Positions 56,323 to 64,000 of a stretch of DNA of 64,000 nt are shown piece by piece (position 1 is the first letter of the stretch; each line of letters opens with the position of its first letter). The stretch is from Myxococcota bacterium. GTDB taxonomy: Bacteria; Myxococcota_A; Polyangia; Nannocystales; Nannocystaceae. Where the stretch lies: the NCBI GenBank assembly GCA_039028615.1, contig JBCCHT010000002.1:384001-448000 (forward strand), given 5' to 3'. A program made the translations under genes and the position numbers. The notes below the pieces were generated by a model. It saw nothing but the letters and a program-made list of their open reading frames with translations. It had not been told where the DNA came from and ran no database searches.

Positions 56323-58506
56323 CTAGACCGGCCAGATGCAGATGAAGCCGCCGAAGCAAGTCATCCCATTGGGACAGGTCTCCCCGAGCTGACAGCTGAG
56401 CAGGCAGTCGTTGATCCCTTCGGTGGTGACGTCCTGGCAGACCACCGTAGCCGTGCCCGTGGGCGGAGACGGCGGGCACCCGGCCGCGTTGACGCAGCCC
56501 TGGTCCGCACAGATCCCCACCGTCGGCGTGGCCACGTTGTCGACGATGCAGATCTCGGTACCGAGGCAGACCGACGGCGCCGCGAAGTCGGCACAGTTGC
56601 CGTAGCCCGCGGGCGGGTCACACGAGCCGAGGTCGATGCCCGAGCAATCCGCCGCGCAGGACAAGGGCCCACCGGTCAGGCCCGCGTCGCCGCAGGCCTG
56701 GCCGCCGACATCGAACCCGTCGCAGGCCTCGGCGCCATCGATGACCCCGTTACCGCACTGGTTGCAGCCGCTGGTGTCGTAGCCGCTGCAGTCGCCCGCG
56801 CACCCGAGCGCACCGCCGCCGAACCCGAGCGACGCACAGGTCTCGCCCTCGAGGTCCACCCCGTCGCAGGTCTCGCCGGCCTGGTCGACGATGTCGTTGC
56901 CGCACGCACCACACTGCGCATTGCAGCTGTTGACCGCATCGTTCGCGCACGAGGCATCCCACGCCGTGCTGCAGCAGGTCGGGTCGAGCGCGCAGACACA
57001 CGCCTCGATGTCTGGCACCTCGCAGCCCGTGCCGCCGTTGTCGAAGCAACAGTCGCCGCCCGGGTCGAGGGTGCAGTTGCCGGTGTTGAGCGTGCAGTTG
57101 GGCGCACACGACAGCAGGCCCCCGGTGAAGCCCTGAGTCTGGCAGGACTGCCCGCCGAGGTCGGCCCCGTCGCACTGCTCTCCGCCGCCGATGACCCCAT
57201 CGCCGCACAGGAAGCACCCCGAGGTGTCGAACGCATTGCAGCCGGGCTCGCACCCCAGCACGCCGCCGTTGAAGCCCTGCGTGATGCAGTTTTCTCCGTC
57301 GAGGTCCGTGCCGTCGCAGGTCTCGACCCCCTCGGTGATGTCGTTGCCACACGAGAAGGTGATGCAGCCCGAAGTATCGAACCCACACGACGCATCACAG
57401 GCCAGCGTGCCCGCATCGAAGCCCTGGGTCTGGCAGGTCTCGCCGTCGAGGTTGGCGTTGTCGCACTGCTCCGGGCCCTCGACGACGCTGTTGCCGCACG
57501 AGAACGTGTCGCATCCCGCCGTGTCGAAGGTGCAGTTGCCCAGGCACCCCAGCGTGCCCGCATCGAAGCCCTGCGAGATGCAGTCTTCGCCATCGAGGTT
57601 GGCGTTGTCGCACTGCTCCGGGCCTTCGATGACGTCGTTGCCGCAGACCCAGGTCACGCACGCGCTGGTGTCGAACGAGCAGTCGCCCGCGCACGCCAGC
57701 GTCCCCTCGTCGAAGCCCTGCGACACGCAGTCTTCCCCCGCCAGGTCTGCCCCTTCGCAGTCCTCGGGGCCCTCGATGATCGCGTTGCCGCAGGCCCAGG
57801 TCACGCAGCCCGAGGTGTCGAGCGTACAGTCGCCCGCGCACGCCAGCGTCCCCTCGTCGAAGCCTTGCGACACGCAGTCTTGCCCCGCCAGGTCGGCGTT
57901 GTCGCAGACCTCCGCGCCCTCGATGACATCGTTGCCGCAGGCCCAGGTCACGCACGCGCTGGTGTCGAACGAGCACCGCCCGTCGCAGGCCAGCGTGCCC
58001 TCGTCGAAGCCTTCGGAGATGCAGTCGGCCCCGCCCAGCTCGGCACCGTCGCACTGCTCGCGCCCCTCGATGACATCGTTGCCGCACGAGAAGTCGACGC
58101 ACGCCGACTCGTCGAAGGTGCAGTCGGCCGCACACGCCAGCGTGCCCTCGTCGAAGCCCTGGCTGACGCAGTCGGCTCCGCCCAGGTCGGTGCCGTCACA
58201 ATCCTCGGTGCCTTCGACCGCATCGTTGCCACACTCCGCGTCCGGGCCCGTCGAGTCGACGCCTCCGCTGGTATCGACCCCTCCCGAGCCCGAGCCCATC
58301 GAGCCGCCGCCCACCCCGTCCGAGCCCGACCCGGAGCCGGAAGTCGTGCCTCCGCCTCCCGTGTCCGACACGCCGGAATCCCCCGCCGTGGTGGGCACGC
58401 CGAAAGTGGTGACGGCACCGGGCACCGCATCGTCGCCGCACCCAGGAACGACGAGCAACGCCCCCAGCGTCGCAATGGCCAAATAAGAAAATCGAGCAGA
58501 CCGCAT
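56323..58506 (-). CDS. Cys-rich repeat lipoprotein (myxobacterial cysteine-rich/DUF4215-like repeats)
   Basis: Lipobox VPGC; ten approx. 50-aa CG(N/D)...E.C(D/E)..(D/E/N)(L/V).G..C...G...G.L.C...C repeats. Confidence 0.9.
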   Translation of the reverse strand: MRSARFSYLAIATLGALLVVPGCGDDAVPGAVTTFGVPTTAGDSGVSDTGGGGTTSGSGSGSDGVGGGSMGSGSGGVDTSGGVDSTGPDAECGNDAVEGTEDCDGTDLGGADCVSQGFDEGTLACAADCTFDESACVDFSCGNDVIEGREQCDGAELGGADCISEGFDEGTLACDGRCSFDTSACVTWACGNDVIEGAEVCDNADLAGQDCVSQGFDEGTLACAGDCTLDTSGCVTWACGNAIIEGPEDCEGADLAGEDCVSQGFDEGTLACAGDCSFDTSACVTWVCGNDVIEGPEQCDNANLDGEDCISQGFDAGTLGCLGNCTFDTAGCDTFSCGNSVVEGPEQCDNANLDGETCQTQGFDAGTLACDASCGFDTSGCITFSCGNDITEGVETCDGTDLDGENCITQGFNGGVLGCEPGCNAFDTSGCFLCGDGVIGGGEQCDGADLGGQSCQTQGFTGGLLSCAPNCTLNTGNCTLDPGGDCCFDNGGTGCEVPDIEACVCALDPTCCSTAWDASCANDAVNSCNAQCGACGNDIVDQAGETCDGVDLEGETCASLGFGGGALGCAGDCSGYDTSGCNQCGNGVIDGAEACDGFDVGGQACGDAGLTGGPLSCAADCSGIDLGSCDPPAGYGNCADFAAPSVCLGTEICIVDNVATPTVGICADQGCVNAAGCPPSPPTGTATVVCQDVTTEGINDCLLSCQLGETCPNGMTCFGGFICIWPV
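57120..58235 (-). repeat. About 150-bp period coding tandem repeat
   Basis: Recurrent cgtgccc/cgtccc...tcgaagccc and tcgttgccgca at 150-bp spacing. Confidence 0.85.
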
Positions 58507-58601
58507 CCACCCCAGATTACGCCAACGACGGGGCGGCAGGTCGACAAATCGCCAACGTTGGGCTCACCGTCGAAGGTGTTGTGGTGCCGTGTGTGCCTCG
58601 A

Positions 58602-59198
58602 CTAACGATCGGTCTTCGGCCACCACTCCAGGGTCCAAGTCCCCGCGCGTTGGTCTTTGGCCGGGTCCCAAATTGCCTCACCTTCGCAGTCGAACACCGC
58701 GAAGATGGCAAAGAACGCTCCCTTCCAGACCGTGGGATAGCCCTGCGCCTCCCAAACCTCGCGAGCGATGTCCTCAAAAGAAACGATGGCCCGGTCCGCC
58801 CCGGCGACCTCGGCGGTCGCGGTCAGGTGATCGCGATAGATGTGCCCCCACGCCCGCGGAACCATCTTCACCAAGCTCCCCGGGTTCGCGCCCAAAAGTC
58901 GTGCACTGCCCCGAATGATGCTGCGGAACAACGGACCGTTGAGGGTCCCGTGCACCGCGTCGCAAACGAGTTCCACCGCCCCGCTCTCCCCGAGCACGGG
59001 GACCCAGGAGTCGACGATGAGCCGCTCGTGTTCAACATCGATCCACGCCGTCGGTGGCGCCGACGCGACCAGCTCGATCGTCTCGGCGGGCACGCGTTCC
59101 AGCAGCTTCGCGTACGCCCGAGCGTTGCGCCGCTCGAGCAGCTGCAACGCATCTCGAAGCCCACGCGCACGCACGGCTGGGGCCCGCTTGCTCACCAC
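58602..59198 (-). CDS. Uncharacterised myxobacterial protein, DUF2378/V4R-like
   Basis: ORF with myxobacterial pattern (LLERVPAET...PTAWIDVE...LVKMVPRAWGHIYRD...TWTLEW); family from recollection only. Confidence 0.55.
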   Translation of the reverse strand: MVSKRAPAVRARGLRDALQLLERRNARAYAKLLERVPAETIELVASAPPTAWIDVEHERLIVDSWVPVLGESGAVELVCDAVHGTLNGPLFRSIIRGSARLLGANPGSLVKMVPRAWGHIYRDHLTATAEVAGADRAIVSFEDIAREVWEAQGYPTVWKGAFFAIFAVFDCEGEAIWDPAKDQRAGTWTLEWWPKTDR

Positions 59199-59347
59199 TC
59201 GAGCCTGCCGTGCCCCGTCCTCGCGTCGCAAACCGTCGAGTGTCCCGTTCCGAAAAATCGTGCCGGATCCGCCGGCCCGACCGAGGTCGCGAGTGAAAAT
59301 CAGGGTCATCACGACGGCGTTCCAATACTGCGTTCAGGGTTACCCTG

Positions 59348-59707
59348 ATGGCCCGAAGAGCGGTCTCGCGCCTGCCTTCGCCTGTCGATCTGCAACGGAT
59401 GACCATGGTCGTTTGGGCCCGCTGCGGCACTATCCAACCGTGGCGATCGTGCTCCGACTCCGTGACCGTCGAAGGCACCACGCTGACGGTCGAGACCTCC
59501 GCGACGATCACTGAACTCGGGAAGCGGGCCTGCACCGACGATTGCAGGGCGGTCCTGACCGATTGCGAAGTGCCCAAACTCGCCCCGGGCACCTACACGC
59601 TGCAGTACGGCGACCCGAGTTCCTCGTTCACCGTCCCCGACGACACCGAGGTCTGCGTCGGCAGATGGTATCTTGCCTCGATCCCACTAGAACGATTCGA
59701 TCGATGA
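59348..59707 (+). pseudogene. Probable 5'-truncated paralog of the downstream Cys-rich lipoprotein
   Basis: From about 59449 the product aligns with the next gene (VTVEGTTLTV...CTDDCRAVLTDCEVPKL vs VVDGDTITI...CTADCRGVSTDCEVPEL); no signal peptide or lipobox upstream. Confidence 0.55.
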
Positions 59708-60129
59708 GACTGACGCTTAGATTTGCCATGCCTCGCACCACGCTGGCCCTCGCGCTCATCGGCATGTTCGGCTGCAGCGACACGCAGAAGAACGAGCACG
59801 TCGACCGGGGCCAGGCGTGCGTCAACAACAACGAAGACGGCAGCCACTCCGTCGACGTCGACTTCGGCATCTGCCTGAGTTCTTCGTGTGACTCGCTCGA
59901 TGAGGCCAGCTGCACCGCGGTGGTCGATGGCGACACGATCACCATCCGCGCCTCCGCCATCGTCACCAGCCCGCGAGGCTTTGCCGATTGCACCGCCGAC
60001 TGCCGTGGCGTGAGCACCGATTGCGAGGTCCCCGAGCTCACCCTCGACTCGTACACCGTGTGGTACGGCGGCAACAGCCAGCCACTCGACGTGACCAACG
60101 ATCTTTCGGTTTGCGTGACGGGGCGCTGA
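59704..60129 (+). CDS. Small Cys-rich lipoprotein
   Basis: MPRTTLALALIGMFGC lipobox; CLSSSC and CTADC motifs; alternative start at 59728. Confidence 0.8.
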   Translation: MRLTLRFAMPRTTLALALIGMFGCSDTQKNEHVDRGQACVNNNEDGSHSVDVDFGICLSSSCDSLDEASCTAVVDGDTITIRASAIVTSPRGFADCTADCRGVSTDCEVPELTLDSYTVWYGGNSQPLDVTNDLSVCVTGR

Positions 60130-60193
60130 CCGGGGCCGCTCCCGGCTGCGCCCTGGGGTGACACCCTGGGCCCAGCGCGGTGTTGGAGGGGCC

Positions 60194-60652
60194 GTGACCG
60201 CCACCAAGACCGTCCTCGCCTCGCTCGCTCTTTTCACCTTGGGCTCGCTCGCCTGCGCTCCGGGGCCCGTCGAGCCCTGGGATACAAACCTGCGGGACGG
60301 CATCGCGGTAGGCGGCTACGACGTCGTGGCCTACTTCGACGGTGAGGCCGTGCCCGGCGACGATGCCATTTCCACCGAGTGGGACGGCGTGACCTGGCTG
60401 TTCGCCGACGAGCAGTCCCGCGCCGTCTTCGAGGAGGACCCCGAAGCCTACGCCCCGCGCTACGGCGGCTGGTGTGCGTGGTCGATGCGATGGAACCAGA
60501 TCGTGGATTCCAAGCCCGGGCACTTCAGCATCGACGACGGCGAACTGTACCTGTTCAACAACGAAGACGCGCGGCGCAAGTGGGCCCGCGATCCGGCCCG
60601 GTACCGTCGCATCGCCGATCGCAACTGGGCCGAGATCGAGCTGCTGCCCTGA
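60194..60652 (+). CDS. YHS-domain protein (lipoprotein)
   Basis: AVGGYDVVAYF, WLFA...FEEDPEAYAPRYGGWCAW, DGELYLF, ADRNW. Confidence 0.9.
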   Translation: MTATKTVLASLALFTLGSLACAPGPVEPWDTNLRDGIAVGGYDVVAYFDGEAVPGDDAISTEWDGVTWLFADEQSRAVFEEDPEAYAPRYGGWCAWSMRWNQIVDSKPGHFSIDDGELYLFNNEDARRKWARDPARYRRIADRNWAEIELLP

Positions 60653-60681
60653 TCTCGGCCCACCCTAGCTCAACGCCCCGC

Positions 60682-62151
60682 TCAGGGTTCGTAACGGTAG
60701 TACTCCAGGCCGATGTCCTGGAAGTCGGCTTCGTTGCGATCGCCGATGCGGTCGATGGCAAACTCGCCCTTGGGTGTGAGCTCGAGGTCGACCTTGCCCG
60801 TGTCGTGGAGCTGCTCGTACTGCGCCTGGGTGAGGTCGACCACCGGCTCCAGGGTGGCGTCGAAGCCGATGCGGGAGGCCGCTTCACGCCAGCCCCGCTG
60901 CACGGTGGCAGGGATGGCCTCGGACGCGTCGCCGCTGCCGTAGCCGACGAGCAGCACCTGCTTGCCCTCGAGCTCGAGGTCGTCCTTGGTCGCCGCCTCG
61001 GCGAAGCCCCCCGCGATCCAGGCGGGCAACGAGGCGCTGTACAGGTTACCGAGCTTCATCATCGATGCGGCCCCGAGCGTCATCTTCTGCTCGACGACCT
61101 CCTTGAACTTCTCGGTGCTTCGGAAGTGCCGCACCGCCTTCATCGCGTTGCCGTAGACGTCCTCGCCGGCCCGCCCTTGCAGCACTTGTTCGAAGAGGTC
61201 GGGGCGGCTCGCCATCTCGGCCTTGACCTGGTCGAGCTCGACGCCTGCCCCCTTGCACAGCTCGCCCAGCTCACCGAGGTGCGCCTCGCTATGCGAAAGA
61301 CCCCATGCGTACAGGGCCGCCATGGCGTTGACGGGCATGCGGCGATAGGGACGGTGCATGAAGACCGCATCGACGCCGTGGTAGAAGTTCCGCGGCGTCA
61401 CCCTCAGGCGGCCGAGCATGTCCTCGAGCGCACGTACGGTGGCATCGACGTAGCAGACGGTGGAGTACTTGCCCGAGAACACGGGGAAGTCGTGCACCTT
61501 GCCCGTTTGCTCGGTGTAGCCCTCCATGAAGTGGCGTCGCGTGGGCTTGCGGAAGTCGGGGCCACGATAGTCCGACGCACTGCCGCCGCGCCGCAGGTCG
61601 AGCGAGAGCATGGTGGGCTGCTCGGACAGCAGCATGGCCACCGCTCCCGCGCCCTGAGTCGGCTCGCCACTGCTGCCCCGCTCGTACTCGGCGATGTCGC
61701 CACACACCACGATGGCCAGGCGCCCCTCGCCGTCGTGCGACAGGTAGCGAAGACCAGCCTTGAGCGCATAGACCCCGCCGAGGCACGCGTGCTTGAACTC
61801 GGGCACCTCGCAGTTGCGAGCCAGCTCGGGGTGCCCCAGCTGACGCAGCGCCCGGTTGACCATGCCCTTGACGATCACCGCGCCCGCAGAGTTGTCGGTG
61901 CTGGATTCCGTGCCGAAGCCCAAGAAACCGACTCGCGCCGGATCGACGTCATAGTCGATCAGCAGCCGCAAGACCGCGTTGGCAGCCATGGTGTAGATGG
62001 ACTCGTAGGGCGCCTTCATACGGAAGCTCTCGCCTACGACGGATCGAACCTTTCCCCAGGTCCCTCCCGTCCACTGACACCAGTCCTCCAGCTGCACTCG
62101 CAGCCTCGGGACGTACACCTTCATTCCACTGATTCCGTATTCGTTTCTCAT
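60682..62151 (-). CDS. mvaS: Hydroxymethylglutaryl-CoA synthase
   Basis: GTESSTDNS, EFKHACLGG (catalytic Cys), GEPTQGAGAVAM, DFRKP, MHRPY, GNLYSAS, GYGSG. Confidence 0.93.
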   Translation of the reverse strand: MRNEYGISGMKVYVPRLRVQLEDWCQWTGGTWGKVRSVVGESFRMKAPYESIYTMAANAVLRLLIDYDVDPARVGFLGFGTESSTDNSAGAVIVKGMVNRALRQLGHPELARNCEVPEFKHACLGGVYALKAGLRYLSHDGEGRLAIVVCGDIAEYERGSSGEPTQGAGAVAMLLSEQPTMLSLDLRRGGSASDYRGPDFRKPTRRHFMEGYTEQTGKVHDFPVFSGKYSTVCYVDATVRALEDMLGRLRVTPRNFYHGVDAVFMHRPYRRMPVNAMAALYAWGLSHSEAHLGELGELCKGAGVELDQVKAEMASRPDLFEQVLQGRAGEDVYGNAMKAVRHFRSTEKFKEVVEQKMTLGAASMMKLGNLYSASLPAWIAGGFAEAATKDDLELEGKQVLLVGYGSGDASEAIPATVQRGWREAASRIGFDATLEPVVDLTQAQYEQLHDTGKVDLELTPKGEFAIDRIGDRNEADFQDIGLEYYRYEP

Positions 62152-62771
62152 CGTATTCCCCCGGTTTGCCGTGCACGTCGCAACCCCCGCGACGCGTCAC
62201 GATTTTCCCCACATTCGTTTTGAGGGGCACTCGGCCCGAAGTCAATCGATGATGTCGGGCCAATCGAAGAGGCGGTGCTCGATGCGAAGATCGAGCCTGA
62301 ACTGCGGTTCGACCCCGGGGACGCCCGGCAAGGACGTGGTCGTACTCGGTCGTTGTCGAGCGCGGTCCCGAGCCCGCGACTGTCGCGGTCCGACCTGCCA
62401 TGTTCGCAACCGGGGTATCCCCTACTCGCCACGGCAACGAAGGTTCGAAGCGGTCTCGATCGATCCGAGGATGCAGACCTCGCGACGGGCGGCATGTCGC
62501 CGACATTCTCTCCAACCAGCGACTCGGATCACACATTTTATTTCGCCGTGAAATGCAACCGTGCACCCCGGTACGCACGAAAATCGCCGGCCCCGGAGTA
62601 GGTCTTCGACGGTCGTGGAACCGATCGCCGTTCGGAGGCCGACGACTCGTTTTTGCGGTGCGAGATCCGTGCGCCTCGATGCGCACGTGCAGGTTCATGC
62701 GTTGCGACCTCGGTCACGGTCGACGTCAATCCCACCTGGTCGCCGTCACTCCACGTCTCAGGGTGGACGAC

Positions 62772-63359
62772 ATGCCCTTGTCACCGTCCCTCTGCGTATC
62801 GACCTTGCTGGCTATCGCACCTGCGGGCACCCCCGCCCCCGCTCCCACGGACACCATCACCACCACCGACACCGAGACGGCCGCCGCCCAGCCCGAGCCA
62901 CGCCGACCGTTTTGGGACGACAGTGGTCCCTACCTCTCGCTGGGCCTCGCCCCCTTCGCGAGCATGAACAACCAGGCCTTTCACCCCGGTGTCCGCTACG
63001 ACATCGAGTCGGGCGTGGCCCTGAGTCGACGTCGCGCCATGCTGTGGGTCGGCGCGGACTTTCATCTCATGCAGTTCCACGGCAAGCCGCGCCCCGGCTG
63101 GGGTGTCGATGTGGTGGCCACACTCAGCGGCCGCCACGTCTACGGCCGCGTCGGTGCAGGCACGGCCATGGGCATCCCCGGCGGCGCCGACGTGCGAGAC
63201 GTGCGTCCGATGGTCGGCGGACAGCTCGGGGCAGGCCTGGTCGGGCGCTTCGACGGCATCGAGGGGCGGCTCGGCCTCGACCTCGACACGCGCATCGACA
63301 CGACGGGGCGAGTCTCCAACACCCTGATGCTCGCGCTGCGTATCAACTTCGGCCCCTAG
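62772..63359 (+). CDS. Hypothetical secreted protein, probable small outer-membrane beta-barrel
   Basis: Hydrophobic leader, T/P linker, about 8 alternating-pattern strands, ends LALRINFGP. Confidence 0.6.
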   Translation: MPLSPSLCVSTLLAIAPAGTPAPAPTDTITTTDTETAAAQPEPRRPFWDDSGPYLSLGLAPFASMNNQAFHPGVRYDIESGVALSRRRAMLWVGADFHLMQFHGKPRPGWGVDVVATLSGRHVYGRVGAGTAMGIPGGADVRDVRPMVGGQLGAGLVGRFDGIEGRLGLDLDTRIDTTGRVSNTLMLALRINFGP

Positions 63360-63403
63360 AAGGTGATAGCGTCTCGGGTCCTGCCCCGACGGGCACGAGC
63401 CCC

Positions 63404-64000
63404 ATGGACCCCGAGCGCTACTACACCGACCTGGCCATGGCCTTCGTCCGCGGGCATCGCCCTGCGCTCGCGGACGCCGAGGCCGACCCGTCGACGGTCC
63501 TCGAGCGAGCGCGGGCCGAAGGACTCTCGCTCCACAAGTTCAAGCGCAACGCCACGCTGCCCCGCGTGGCCAAGGTCTTGGGCATCCTGCGCGGGCTAGG
63601 GCCCGAGGACCTGCTCGACATCGGCAGCGGGCGCGGGACCTTCCTGTGGCCGTTGCTCGACGCGTTCCCGCACCTGCCCGTGACCGCCCTGGATGCCGAT
63701 CCGCTCCGGGCTCGCGACCTGCACGCGGTCCGCGACGGCGGCATCACCCGGTTGCGGGCCATGCAGGGAGACGTCACCGCGCTCGATCTGCCCGATCGCT
63801 CGGTGGCCGTGGTGACCGCGCTCGAGGTGCTGGAGCACCTGGAAGCCCCCGCCACGGCGGCGGCGGAGCTGTTGCGGGTCGCTCGACGCTTCATCGTGGT
63901 CTCCGTCCCCTCCAAGCCCGACGACAACCCGCAGCACATCCAGCTGTTTTCGCCCGACTCCCTGCGCGACATGTTCATGCACGCGGGCGCCCGGCGAGTG
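63404..64000 (+). CDS. Class I SAM-dependent methyltransferase, 3'-truncated by the window edge (absent from the ORF track)
   Basis: Manual translation from ATG 63404: [11 protein letters not shown]...[42 protein letters not shown]...ALEVLEHLE...[13 protein letters not shown]; no stop before 64000. Confidence 0.88.
   Translation, partial: MDPERYYTDLAMAFVRGHRPALADAEADPSTVLERARAEGLSLHKFKRNATLPRVAKVLGILRGLGPEDLLDIGSGRGTFLWPLLDAFPHLPVTALDADPLRARDLHAVRDGGITRLRAMQGDVTALDLPDRSVAVVTALEVLEHLEAPATAAAELLRVARRFIVVSVPSKPDDNPQHIQLFSPDSLRDMFMHAGARRV

Noticed and set aside
56900..58240. Regularly spaced conserved DNA blocks resembling a repeat-spacer array
   Set aside because: Explained fully by 50-aa Cys-rich protein repeats; period is a multiple of three
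60194..60652. Selenoprotein form of the YHS protein
   Set aside because: The GGWCAW position is a normal TGT Cys codon; no in-frame TGA
60682..62151. HMG-CoA synthase as a polyketide beta-branching cassette enzyme
   Set aside because: No ACP, KS or enoyl-CoA hydratase genes nearby

Overview
Gene-dense, GC-rich window that reads as a myxobacterium (Myxococcota, Nannocystaceae-like). This is inferred from three eukaryote-like Ser/Thr kinases, paralogous ECF sigma factors, a MYXO-CTERM protein, a DUF1592/DUF1552 pair, Cys-rich repeat lipoproteins and an MvaS-type HMG-CoA synthase. About 50 protein genes are supported. I see no rRNA, tRNA, CRISPR array or transposase. Two multi-gene loci stand out. 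(1) 19.5-28.5 kb: adenosine deaminase sits divergent from a tightly coupled five-gene operon encoding a lamin-tail-domain (LTD) lipoprotein, a thermonuclease lipoprotein with an extra OB-like domain, a five-LTD surface lipoprotein, a second thermonuclease, and a ComEA-type helix-hairpin-helix domain fused to a probable outer-membrane beta-barrel. hpt lies about 6 kb further on. Together these look like an extracellular-DNA capture, degradation, import and purine-salvage system. (2) 45.9-56.3 kb: a ten-gene cluster built around an atypical 6-pyruvoyl-tetrahydropterin-synthase-family protein, with a RibD-like reductase, MDR dehydrogenase, GT4, two methyltransferases, CDP-alcohol phosphotransferase, flippase-like protein, LtaS/sulfatase-like membrane enzyme and GT-C-like protein. 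This is a candidate pathway for an unknown heterocycle-bearing lipid or cell-surface modification. All family assignments come from motif recognition by eye; no searches were run. Start codons were chosen by inspection.
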